From the NCBI GenBank assembly GCA_964247055.1, contig OZ176052.1, positions 3,658,001-3,722,000 on the forward strand: 64,000 nt of DNA. Direction: 5' to 3'. The position numbers and the translations under genes were made by a program. The notes under the pieces are model-generated. The model did not search any database, was not told the DNA's origin, and saw only the letters and a list, made by a program, of their open reading frames with translations. Below, piece after piece: positions 25,776 through 37,372 of the stretch (the stretch's first letter is position 1; each line of letters begins with the position of its first letter). The DNA comes from Paragordius varius (taxonomy: Eukaryota > Animalia > Nematomorpha).

Positions 25776-26797
25776 AAAACATATGAATACCATTTAAATT
25801 TCATAATTTTTTAAAAGTTAAGTAATACGGTTTATGTCACCTCCAGAAACAATTCAATTTGTATTTCATTTTTTTGAAGCAAACTTTTTTGTATTATTCA
25901 ATAGCTGCCCATAAGCAAATGACCATAAAAATTTGAAATTTATAAAAAAACTAGTATTTAATTTATTGAATTTTAAGATAAATTAATAAGGAACATGAGC
26001 AAAAATTAAAAGTTATATTACGTTATAATAATTTTGTAAAAATAATGTATTTAACGTCGCTGTGAAGGTGTTTTAATGTCCATTGATTAAACTATAATTA
26101 TATAAATAGAAAATTAAAAAAAACAATTCGCAACTTTTAAAGTGCAATAAAAATACCTGGTATTTTTAAGACGGATGGCACTTTAATATACAATTAGGAT
26201 AAAATTTTTGGTTAAAACGATAAGTACAATCGAATTCATCAAAAAATATGGATAAGTATATTTTTAGTTTTATATTATTTTTTCCCTATTTTTGTTAACT
26301 CAAAATTGAGCTTAAATATTAAGAGTTAAGTAATAATCTTTCAAGAGTGATCATAGATACATATAATTAGATAAATACTAAATGAATTATTTAAAACAGT
26401 GATACTTAAACCGCGGCCCACGGATAGCATGTGGCCCTAAAAGTGCTTTTTTACGTGAAATATTTATTGCATTTTATTGTGTCAAGTTGTAAAATTTTTA
26501 TCGGTATTATACGGTGCACATCCTAAGATAAATATTTTTTGCGGCCCTTTTATATTTTTTGGTGAGTCAGAGGCGTAGATTGCATTTCAGGCGCCCCCCT
26601 TCAGCTCCATGCAACCCCTTGCATTTTAAAAAAAAATCAGGTTGAAACCGTGGTCATGACCACCCATAGGTGATTTTTTATGTATTATATATAATAATTT
26701 TTAATACCTATTTTTTTGAAATAAAATTAAAATTTTAAAATACGTTACGTTTCTGTATAAATGCAAATTTACTGTAATAATTTTTGAGTTAACATAC

Positions 26798-26883
26798 ATA
26801 TAATCATAATGCTTACTCTGACCGTATACTCCAGTAACTGCAAGTAAGAAAACCCACAAGTCACAAAGATAAAAAAGGGCCAT
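26798..26883 (-). CDS. Candidate first (signal-peptide) exon of the Toll-like receptor
   Basis: ATG at 26883 gives MALFYLCDLWVFLLAVTGVYGQSKHYDY, a hydrophobic core followed by small residues. A GTATGT donor at 26797 is phase 2 and joins in frame to the acceptor at 22795, giving a 1442-aa receptor. A competing GTAAGC donor nearer the ATG has the wrong phase. Confidence 0.4.
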
Positions 26884-28221
26884 ATCGAGTATTTTTTACA
26901 ATTAAAAGAGGATTCAAGAAAATAAGGTTTTTTGATATATGTATTATGTTAATAAAAGTTTAAAAAATAGTCCTTTTATAGAAACCAGATTCATCTAGAT
27001 ATGGCATAAAAATATTTTTCTTTATCCATCATTGTCAATATAAACCCTTTATTATATATCGGCTGTCGAAATGTCAAAACATTCTGATTTTCTTATAGTT
27101 CTACCGCCATCTTCTTTTTTGCCTGTCCAAAATATAATTTTTTATGTCATTTTTTGAATACATTCAAAATATTATACTTGTGACATGTTGTTACCCATTT
27201 TAAGAGATCAAATGGTCATAAAGAATAATTTAGAACCAGGATAGTATTAAAAAACGTGACTCTTCCGACCCTAGAACGGGATCTTATCATTCCTTGGACA
27301 TAGCGATAGTTTTTGTACTATAGAGTTCCTGTTAATTTTAAAAAATTATAAAAAAAAATAATTTTAACATAATACACACCTTCTAAACCTATCGAATACG
27401 CATTAAAATATGTAAGAATAAGTTTCTGATGATTGTGTTTTAGGGATGATAAAATCACCACATGCCAAAATTAAATTGATAACAGTAAACGATCCCACCA
27501 ACCATTAATGTAAAAAATGATTTAATTAAGTATCGCTTTGTTTCATCACTTTAAAAATTTGAATTACTTTTTTACGGACATTTGGCATATATAAAAGAGG
27601 TAAGAACACGATTCAACATTAACACAACAAACTATAGGCTTTTAAGAATAGCAATATAACTATTGATTTATCAATGCAATAAAGTTAACAGTCAGACAAA
27701 ATTCTTATGGTCATATATGGATAACTGCTATATTGTAAACATAAAAAACATCAAATATGGGTGAAAACCACAAAATCGGTTGTATATTTGTGGCATATGT
27801 GAAAAAGTTAAATATGGGTGGAAATGAAGGAAATATTTATGGTATTAGATTACGCTTATTGATGGCTTTTCTCAACGTTAAAAAATAACCAGTTGTGTCA
27901 ATTACTCATTTATTAATATTCTAAAATAAATTCTTTAAACATTATTAGCAAAAAATTAAATGGTTTAAATTGGGCGAGAACTCTCACAATAAAAACTTTA
28001 ACGCTAATGGCACAAATTAAATTTCTAAATTGGTTACAATATTTGACATTTCCTTTGTACTTTAATATAAAACCATTCAACATTAGAATTTTAGCAAATT
28101 ACCAAAACGTACTAAATTATGTATTTATTGCAATGATATATATGGTTGGTACAAAAACGATATGTTATTGGTTATTTACATTTGTGAAAACACATTACAT
28201 ATAAAGACATATTTGCACAAA

Positions 28222-29764
28222 TTATCCAATTTTAGCCTTGGAAAAATCCATTTCAGGATGTTGAGCCATAAATTTTTTGAGCATGTCCATCTTTTTGGCC
28301 TCCTCTGAAGTGGGTAAACCTAGTTCTTTCTGTTTTTGATCATACATCATTTTTTCAACCATACCCCGGGTCTCACCATCTAAATCGGATAGTTTGGAAT
28401 TTTCAGGCACAACTTTTTTCGTATCAATTTCAATGGGATCATTGGTTAGGAGTTTGGACCACCATTCCATTTTATTAACTTTCTCCAGGGTTAACTGTAT
28501 AAGAATAAAGTCAAAATGAAAAATATGAGAAGCGTATAAATAAAATTTGATGTTTTGCTGTTTGTCCACATAATTGATAGGTAAATGTACGAAAAAAAAT
28601 TCTTTAATGTATCACTTTACAATTTCCACAAAATAAAAATCAAAAATATTTGATATGTATATAAAAATAGATAATAAATATCATGGAGCTGTTTATTTCC
28701 TTATACAAGTCGATTTTATGCATTTTCCCTCCTTTAACAATTAATTTATCTTAGAAACATTGTATAGATCCGAAAATGACAGGCATAGTCTTGTATAATA
28801 TTTTCAAGTTAAAAATTAAAATATTTTTGATCAAAAAAATATTAAATTATACATTAATGGTATTTCCATCCGTTAGGAGCCAGGTAGATTCTTCAATCTT
28901 TACCAAATGTTGCAGTTTGCCATTTATGATTGGAGTCGTTATACCTTTTATACTGACTGTCAAGTTATCACGCGTTATGTCAACCTTAATGTCCTTACTC
29001 TTTAACTTAATAGATTTATCGGGGAGGAAATCACCCAGGGGTATTTTAATCTCAAGCTCAGCCAAAGTTTGACACCATTTATGGGTTGGTAAATCAGCCC
29101 CGTTCCCACTATTTGGTTTGACTTTTCCTGAAAAAATAGAAAATAAGGATATATGAAATGATAATTATATAAATTTAATATTGATTGCAGAAGGGTAAAT
29201 TTGTAATTATATTAATAGATTATATATATCGAGACCTAATGGGATTTAAAAAATTTCTATCCTTAATTATTAACAGAAAATTTTTTATTTATATATATAC
29301 CTTCATCAATTTTATCTATATCATCGTCTGAATCGTTCTTTTTTTCTATTGCGTCCCCATTTGCAACAATGTTGCTTTTAACGGCATTACTCTCCTCAAA
29401 TTTTTGTTTTTTGACTTGGATTTCTTTTTCAAGTTTTTGCGCTTCCTCGTCAGTAAGTTCCTAAAAATAAGAAAATTGATACTTTAATTTTTGGTTCATT
29501 TTGTGGGATTATTTTTTTATGAGATTCTTTTTTCAATTGTTTTGATGCCGCAATAGATTTGTATTTTTCAAAGTACTCAAGGACTAACTGTTTTGGTTTT
29601 TCTGCAGATTCCTTATTATTATCGACAAAACACATGGAATAAAAATCCGTTTTCCGTTGCAGAAAGCTGAAAAATATATCTAAAAGTCCTTGAACACCAT
29701 TTTCTTGCTCTTGAGCAACATGTAAAAGAAGAGTATCAAATTTTTCTAAGTCCGAATTTTCCAT
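28222..29764 (-). CDS. NUDC: Nuclear migration protein NudC (Hsp90 co-chaperone, CS domain), 329 aa
   Basis: Exons 29764-29483, 29460-29301, 29127-28853 and 28494-28222 (990 nt). Motifs [65 protein letters not shown] and [14 protein letters not shown] are diagnostic of NudC. Confidence 0.95.
29461..29482 (-). other. 22-nt GT-AG intron (NudC intron 1)
   Basis: GTATCAATTTTCTTATTTTTAG. Removing it fuses EPKIK to ELTDEEA, restoring the conserved NudC motif. Retaining it causes a frameshift and a stop at 29452-29450. Confidence 0.8.
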
Positions 29765-29953
29765 GTTAAATTAATTTTTCAAAAGTAAAACCTTACAATA
29801 AAAGCTTTTAACAGTTGTGGTAATTTAGAAAGCACATGGCTTCACAATTTGATTTGAACAAACCCGCAAAAAGCGTTTATAAACAGATTAAAAAGGTTTT
29901 TTTGTAAAATATTTTGAAGAATAACAAATTAAAAAATAAAAAAGAAATTTAAG
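29765..29953. promoter_or_regulatory. Putative bidirectional promoter shared by NudC and RIOX1
   Basis: Only 189 bp separate the two divergent ATGs (29764 on -, 29954 on +). Confidence 0.7.
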
Positions 29954-32900
29954 ATGACTGAAGTTTCCAAAAATAATCATCATAATGGCCAAATCTTATC
30001 GATTGAATCAAATGATAAGAGTAACAAGCTAAATAAAGTATTTTATTATCAATAGCTAGCCCTATCTATATTCAAATATTAACGATAGCATATTATGGAG
30101 TAATAATGCCTTTGAATGGTTGATTAATCCAATAACCAAAAATGAATTTTCCAAGTTTTTATTATTATAAAACGTAATGTAGAAAGTATTGGGAAAAACA
30201 GGCCCTATATATTCAACGGGATCACAATGGCTATTATTCTCATTTATTTTCATTTAACAAATTTGACCAGATCATTACTGAGGTTTGTTATTTAATTTAT
30301 GTTATGTTATAGCATTATCTTTATTACAACGAAAATATCGACGTAACTTCCTACAAAGATGGTGTTAAAGAATTGCATAATCCTAATGGCAAAGTTTTTT
30401 CCCCGGTTTTATGGGAATATTTCAATGTAAGATTTTTTTTCTATTTAAATCATATTTACAAAATATAATCCTGTAATAAATTGTCCTTATTAATTGTTCC
30501 GGGTGTACCAAGATTTATCTTTAACGAAACATAACTACAGGCGAGTTTTTTGATTACTGGTTTTTTTATGATATATTCCCTTAACCTTATTATATTATTT
30601 ATAAATTTTATATCAAATGTTGTTAAGTGTTTAATGTTACGGTGGTAGTAAAAAATTAGCGGAATGGATTTTACCTGATATGGTTATTTCATCCCACTCA
30701 TGCTTGCGTATGAGTTTAATTTTCTAATTAGACAAAATTTTAATAATTTCTATCAGTCGTGTCATGCGAGTATTTGAACCCTATTTGTGCCCATATTACC
30801 CAGTAAAAATTGAATTTTTAAATATTTTTTTTAAAAAGCCAACCATATTTTTTAAGATTTAATTTTTCAATATAACATAGCGTTAAGGAATAGATAAATT
30901 AATAAAACACTATAAATATTTTACATATTTAATCATAAATTTTTTGCACAAAAACTTTAGGTTTAACAAAGTATACCACTTTTTATAAAAAATAATCTTT
31001 CTTTCAATTTTTTGTTTTGTATAAAACATTGTCAGATGCATATTTGTCTCAGAGTTTTTTTGGAAATTGACCCACTCCAAATATTTTTACTTTCTTTTTC
31101 TGAGCACAAAATAAACTTTTAAACGTATATATAAATACAACAAACGTATTTAGGAGGGATGTTCTGTGCGTTTTTTGAATCCTGCCAAATTTAGTCGTGC
31201 TGTATGGTCCCTTAATGCGGGATTACAGGAATATTTTTCATCATTCGTTGGTTGTAATATGTATCTCACGCCGGCTTATAGCCAAGGCTTTGCCCCTCAC
31301 TACGATGATATTGATGCCTTTGTCCTTCAAATTGAAGGCTCGAAACATTGGAAAGTATATGCCCCTTTCAATAATGGTAATTCTTTTTAACACTTTATTA
31401 CCTTTTTATTTGTTCGTTCGATTACATTTTGATATATCTTTGTACCCCAAAGAGCTTTATTTATAAACTACTGTTTTAAAGGTTATTTTGGTTAAAATGA
31501 AATTAACAAATATTGTTATCCTGTATTTGATAAAAAGGCTTATATTTTTTGCAGTTTTCTCACTGAGTAAGTTCGAAATTGGGCTATTATAAAAACTAGA
31601 TTGAGTGGTACAGCTGAATTCATAATTATTAATCAGAATTTTTGCTAAAATGTATCGAAAAGCTTTTTCAAGTTAATTATTTACCTATATTAACTGTATA
31701 TTCATATATTTGCCTATTGTATTCAATTTAAATTAAAAAAAATTGCAGCCAAAGGGTTTGAAGAGAGTTTTTTTAAATTTTGTTCAAAAAAAAATTATTA
31801 ATCATGCACCAAACGTCTAAAGAATGAATATATTTCCAATATAAAAGCTTTTGAAAATTTTCGAACTTTAAATACCGTGGGCACAAAATAGCTTTAAAAG
31901 ATAATGAAGTGTTAAAGTGATTATGGTTTTTAACTTTTACGTGCTTAATTGACCTGAGTTTTGGTTCATAATAAATGGTTATCCGTTGATTTTTAATATT
32001 TATGCATAAAATTTAAAAATTTAAGGAAATCGATTTTAAGGTTCGTTAATATTGGATACCAGCATATTTTATATAAGATAAAGTCATTTAGTTTTAATAA
32101 ATCTATTTTTACTGTTTTTCTTTCACTTCAATGAATCAAATTTAAATTATATATTTTATTGATGAATTTTGTAAAAGCATCGCCAAAACCGCACGTCCTT
32201 TTTTTCCCCATGCCCAATCACAGTAAAAATTAAATTATACGGGAAAATCATAAAAATATAAAGACAAATTCTTTAAAAAGACAACCAACCATGCTATTTT
32301 AAACCTTAATTCTATAAAAATTATTAATTTATAATAAATGGAATTATATACCTATTTAATTGTCATACCAATATATATTCTATTTCATACTTTACAGTTT
32401 TACACAATGTTTTAGTTATATTTAAAAAATCAAGATGCAAATTTATAATTTTACTTGTCCGTATAGTTCCAATTTTACTATATTCCTTTTTTTCTGACTT
32501 TTATTGTGTGTTAAATTCTGCGGAAATTATTCTAACAAGATTTTGTAAATTATATGTATATACGGTGTTATTTTATTAATTGAATAAAAAATATCATGTT
32601 TCCATATACAATAAATATATTAATAATATTTTTTAATGACTATAGCAAAATAGTTTTTTTATAAGCGCTATTTTATTTTCAAATATTACCTAATATAATC
32701 TCGATTATTATTATTATACATGGATGGTGAATAGATTTAACCTTGCCCCTAAAATCAAGCGTGGATTTTAACGAAACATCCACATTTACCCCTGAATATT
32801 GGCGAAATCCAATCCTTGAGGTGTGTTTGAAACCTGGTGATTTGCTTTATATGCCACGCGGGTTCGTTCATCAAGCTTCTACCATACCACCCAATGAAAA

Positions 32901-35900
32901 TGGTTAAAGAAAATTTATTTTTAAATTAATTTTAATTAAGATTGCTTTTTATATAATGATTATAGAATACTTTAGCGAATCTATTAATATAGTTATAACT
33001 TGAAAATATTCTCCTTAAGCTGTTTATTTTCAAAAATGTAGCTGAATTGAAGGTTTTTATTTTTGTTTTTCAATTGTTTCTACTTTCCGCATCTTCACTC
33101 TTTAGTTTGGACTCAGTAAGGTCGTCGTATATGGAACTGAAATAGCTTTTGAATAGCTTCCCAGGTTTATCTTGTGGTCTACTATAGATGTGACCAGCCC
33201 ATCTTAGTCTTTTGGCATTTAGAAAGGGGTTTAGAGCAGTGATTTTAAGGATTTTTAGAAATCGAATTGATTACAAAAGGAGATATTTTAAGATTATGAA
33301 CAAATAGAATTGTTAGTATTTTGGATTTAAAGTTTTGGAATTTACAAAGATAAATTTTGTCATAGACCAGTATATCGTGGCATAGGTCAGCGCAGCACGG
33401 ATAATTATAGAATATAACTGCGATTTCATTTCAAGTATGATAAATCTATTATTAATTATGTGTTAGGTTATGGTATATTATTATGCCTTCAGGTGACGTT
33501 TTTTGAGGCTATCATTAATACCGCCTTTAGCGGGCATTTTATCGCCTAATTATATTAAGTGAGTTACCGTTTCGTAATTGAAATTATTGGGGATTGCAAG
33601 ATTAGGTTCTGGTAGTGGTAACTTATCAATGCAGTTTGAGCAAGTGGACTTATCTACCTTAAGTTAATATAGGTTTGCGCATTTTTTATGTTGCCGGAAA
33701 TTACATTTAGTGTACAATATAGAGTTTGCCTTCACAGCTAGCTTGCAAATGCTACATGGGTACTTAATGGGGTTTTTTATATTATCATGCATTAATTTTG
33801 TTTTGCTTGGATTAATTTGAGATAACTTTCCAATCAATTTTTCCATTGATCAGATTGATTATAGGAGGTCGTCTTCCGGTGAATTCACTCATAACAAGAT
33901 TATCTGCAAAGAGCAGTTCCAAGTTGGACCCCTACGTATATCCATTGTAATTTCATCATTTATTATAATAAACAGTGGGGAACCTTGGTGTAGCCCTCAA
34001 GGTACGCTTATTGTTTCCGAAAGATTAAACAAGGTCTTAATTCGGGCTTTGGAGTCGGTGTTTAACAACGTTATTATGCTTTTTATCATCCATTCTTAGA
34101 TTAGCTTTTAATTTGATTTTTGCAATCTGGCAAAAGCACAATCGATGCGATTTTTATACTTTGTCAGCTGCCAGCGGTTCTTCTCTGAAATTTATCCCTG
34201 TATTACCCCTTCTTTGACGTAGTAAAGGCGTTTGACTTTATCCCAAGATCGATGATAACATGAACCATAAGAAGAAAAAGGATTTTCAAAAGCATAATAC
34301 TGTTATATTCCGACTTTAAAGCCCAAATTAAGATATTCTATATGGTCTTTCTGAAACAATCAGTATACAATCAGGGCAACATCAAGATTCTTTTAAAAAT
34401 TTGGACTGATTATTTAAAAGTGAAGTGGTTATCACAGTTACGGTCTGGAAAATATATTTTAAATTTTGTGTTAAATAATTTTTTAGCCATCCTTATGAAT
34501 AAAAATAATTTTGCTGATTATACTTATTGTGTTTAGATTCGGCATCGCATTCACTTCATTTAACCTTATCAGTGTGCCAATCATCAACATGGGGTCAAAC
34601 CATTGAAAAAGGATTTTTACATGCACTTCGAACACTTATGCATACGGATGTCGAATTTAGAAAATCTTTACCACCCGGTCATCTGAACTACATGGGACAA
34701 ATGTTTGAGGGCAAAGATGCAGTATTAGGTATGAATTATTTAGGTTGAAGTTTTGAAAAGTTTTTTATTGAACAAACTTTAAATAATAATTTAATGTTGT
34801 AGACAAATGTGGTTTTTGAGAATATATGTGTTTGTCGCTATATTTTTAATTGTACAAAGATTTTTTTCTTCCGGTGTGGACAAACAAAATATTACACATA
34901 TTAATATATTCAGGTTTATTTTCTGTTTAATATTGAATCTCGAATATTGGGCTAACTATAAAAAAATTATGTGTTTTATCTTTTTCAATCTTAATTTATT
35001 GGAATATACGCTTGTCAAATACGTTAATGGCGTAACCGTTTCGCTTTATAAACATTTTTATAATGAAGTTTATTTGGTGGTATTTACGAATTGGTGTTAC
35101 GTATTGGCCTTAAAAAATATTTTATTTCGTAACACGTTTTTATCCTATATGGATTTTTTAATTTCCTTAGCAATTATTTATAAATAAATGACTTTTTGCG
35201 TAAATTATATTTGTTTTATTGGTCAATGCCTGTGCGCTTTTATAGCATTTATAAATCTTCTAGGTGAATTGTTGGTTTAAGATAATTGCATTTACTCAAA
35301 ATGTTTATACTTAAAATCTTTCTTGACATATAGCTAATTAATGGTTATAAAGATAGAAAAAATTTTTTTATATTGATCTATTTACCATTTTAATTTTTAT
35401 ACATTATCATATAATTACATATTTTATTTTTATACACTATCATACAAATACATATTTCATGTAAATTAATTTTTGTAAATTCCTTAACATATACTCTTAT
35501 ACAAATAAAACAGGTGTTGACTATGAAAATAAACGGAAACAATTTAAAACAACCATCTCGACACTTGTGAATCGCGTTTTTGAAACAATGTCTCCAGACA
35601 CTGCGGTTGAATCTATGACTTTATCACGTTATATTCCAGAAAGTTTACCACCATACCTTGCGACAAAACAAGAAAAGCTATCCACAATCCATAGTTTTCA
35701 TCAGTCAACTGATGTTAGTTCAAAAGGTAATTTATTTGTTTTGCACACTAATTTTGTTTATATAACTTAAAATAATGACAAAATTCCTCCTATGAATGAT
35801 GATATAACTTAAATCTTTAAATATTAACTGCATATTTATATTGTGCTTTTAGCGATAGTAGTTGAATATAAAAATCATAAATGATCTCATGGTATGATAC

Positions 35901-37108
35901 CTATGATATTTTAAATCTAAGAACCACAGAAAAATTCATTTAAATTGTTTAGTTAGAATTTAAAAAAAATATATAAAAGTTTTACCATTTTTAGATTATT
36001 TTTTACCAAATGAAAAAGTTAATTTGGTATGTAATTTATATTGCAGTTTTAATGGGAGAATCTCTTTTCCCAAATTTGTCATTACGGACACGTATTAAAT
36101 TGGTTCGATATGGATCTCATCGTATAGTAACACCTGACACGTGCTCTTTTGAAAAAGGTTGTTTGTTTCATAAAAATATTTGGTTAATAAACTTAAGTTT
36201 TCGAAGGTAACTTGAAAAAAAAATTTATATTTGATTCTTTATAGGTCAAATCATATTTTTACTATGCTAGATATAAACGAAATTATGGTGAATCCGCCCA
36301 CATTACAAAATGATTTGATGGAAAATGAAAGCCCCTCCTACTATATGGTATACCATAATTTAGAGAATGGATTGAATTATAAGGAAAAACCCATACAAAG
36401 TTTTGCAATAACTCCTGAGGTATTTATATAGTTAATAAAAATTAAACATAACTTAAAAACTACTAAATACAAATATTTTTGTCCCATGTATAGCCATACA
36501 TAGTTTATCCCTAATTATTTTAAATTATCTGAGTAATTACAATTGTGAAATTGAGTATACCAATGTACATCTTTATTTCACAACCCAAAAATTATTAGAT
36601 CCAAAAATTCTAGCTTTCTTTTAAAAAATATTTGTTTTAGTCAGCACATTTTGTATTTATAATTTCTGATTTTTGGGCTAAAAACCTTTTTTTCCAATTG
36701 ATATACTTTATTAAATTAAAGCTTTAAACCCCCTTTTTGAATTATATTAGGTATGTTCAGTTATTAAATATTTAATGAAGACATATCCAAAATACATTCC
36801 CATCTCCAAATTACCTTTGAGTGAGGAACGTGAAAAGGTATTTTATGTGATTTTTAACATTTTTAATTTCTCAATAAATCGTAAATTATTCTCGAAAATA
36901 TAGCTTTAATATTGCATTACATTGGTTTAATTAAAATTATTTTAATGGTTATATAATATACATTCACACACTTTTTACTAAATAATACGTATTTTAATAG
37001 ATTGATGTCGCATTGTCATTGTTTGAAAAAGGGCTCATCAAACTTCATTGCAAGCCAAAACCAGGCAAAAAAGTTACGAAAAAGAATTCATTGATAATTA
37101 TTGAATAA
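29954..37108 (+). CDS. RIOX1: JmjC ribosomal oxygenase / histone demethylase NO66-like, ~547 aa
   Basis: Exons 29954-30037, 30060-30154, 30183-30282, 30313-30426, 31154-31376, 32735-32902, 34537-34728, 35514-35726, 36047-36157, 36271-36419, 36751-36837 and 37001-37108 (1644 nt, phases consistent). Motifs [69 protein letters not shown] and FEKGLI are present, and the HxD...H iron triad is intact. The first exon and start codon are less certain. Confidence 0.9.
30038..30059 (+). other. Probable 22-nt GT-AG intron (RIOX1 intron 1)
   Basis: GTATTTTATTATCAATAGCTAG. The acceptor is fixed because its TAG is an in-frame stop. The donor could alternatively be 30021 (39-nt intron, different ATG) or 29963 (97 nt). 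Confidence 0.5.
30155..30182 (+). other. 28-nt GT-AG intron (RIOX1 intron 2)
   Basis: GTTTTTATTATTATAAAACGTAATGTAG separates [14 protein letters not shown] from [12 protein letters not shown], which are contiguous in NO66 proteins. Retention gives an in-frame TAA and a frameshift. Confidence 0.85.
30283..30312 (+). other. 30-nt GT-AG intron (RIOX1 intron 3)
   Basis: GTTTGTTATTTAATTTATGTTATGTTATAG lies between FDQIITE and [14 protein letters not shown]. The terminal TAG is an in-frame stop if the segment is retained. Confidence 0.85.
33080..33945 (-). mobile_element. Degenerate RTE-X-like LINE, 3' part (RT YADD region, Cys/His finger, C-terminus)
   Basis: Reading through frameshifts gives IRRG.(P)[35 protein letters not shown]...C...[13 protein letters not shown] and KRLRWAGHI. 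It lies in RIOX1 intron 6. Confidence 0.8.
34020..34340 (+). mobile_element. Degenerate RTE-like LINE reverse-transcriptase fragment (upstream RT motifs), opposite orientation to the adjacent piece
   Basis: [15 protein letters not shown] (~34126-34170) and [13 protein letters not shown] (~34210-34248) match the GRSTTDAIF..RQL and F.DLEKAFD.VPR motifs of RTE-type RTs. Confidence 0.75.
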
Positions 37109-37194
37109 TATTATTGACATGGTGTAAAGAATAAATAAACATATAGTTATATATATATATAATTTTTTACGTATATTAATTAATATATTCACAA

Positions 37195-37372
37195 TTACAG
37201 TATGCATAATAACGTTGATCCATTGGTAATACAGTAGCGTATGGTATATAACAAATTTTGTCCATTAATTAAAATTTTATGTTATCAGATAGCAAAATCA
37301 TGTGACAAGTTTTGTTATTTTTTACCAAAAAATATGAAGTTGACTTAAACTAATGTGCATACATGTGTGCCT
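37195..37372. repeat. Second, diverged copy of the 3581-3810 MITE-like repeat
   Basis: Shares ATTGGTAATACAGTAGCGTATG...AACAAA.TTTG.CCAT.AATTAAA...AGATAGCAAA and CATA..TGTGTGC.TA. Boundaries are approximate. Confidence 0.6.

Noticed and set aside
29461-30312. Alternative genetic code, stop read-through or sequencing indels as the explanation for the interrupted NudC/RIOX1 frames
   Set aside because: The 22- and 28-nt segments shift the frame, so read-through cannot fix them. All have exact GT...AG ends at points where the flanking conserved residues are contiguous in homologs. TAA and TGA terminate genes in this window, and TAG interrupts frames as a stop.
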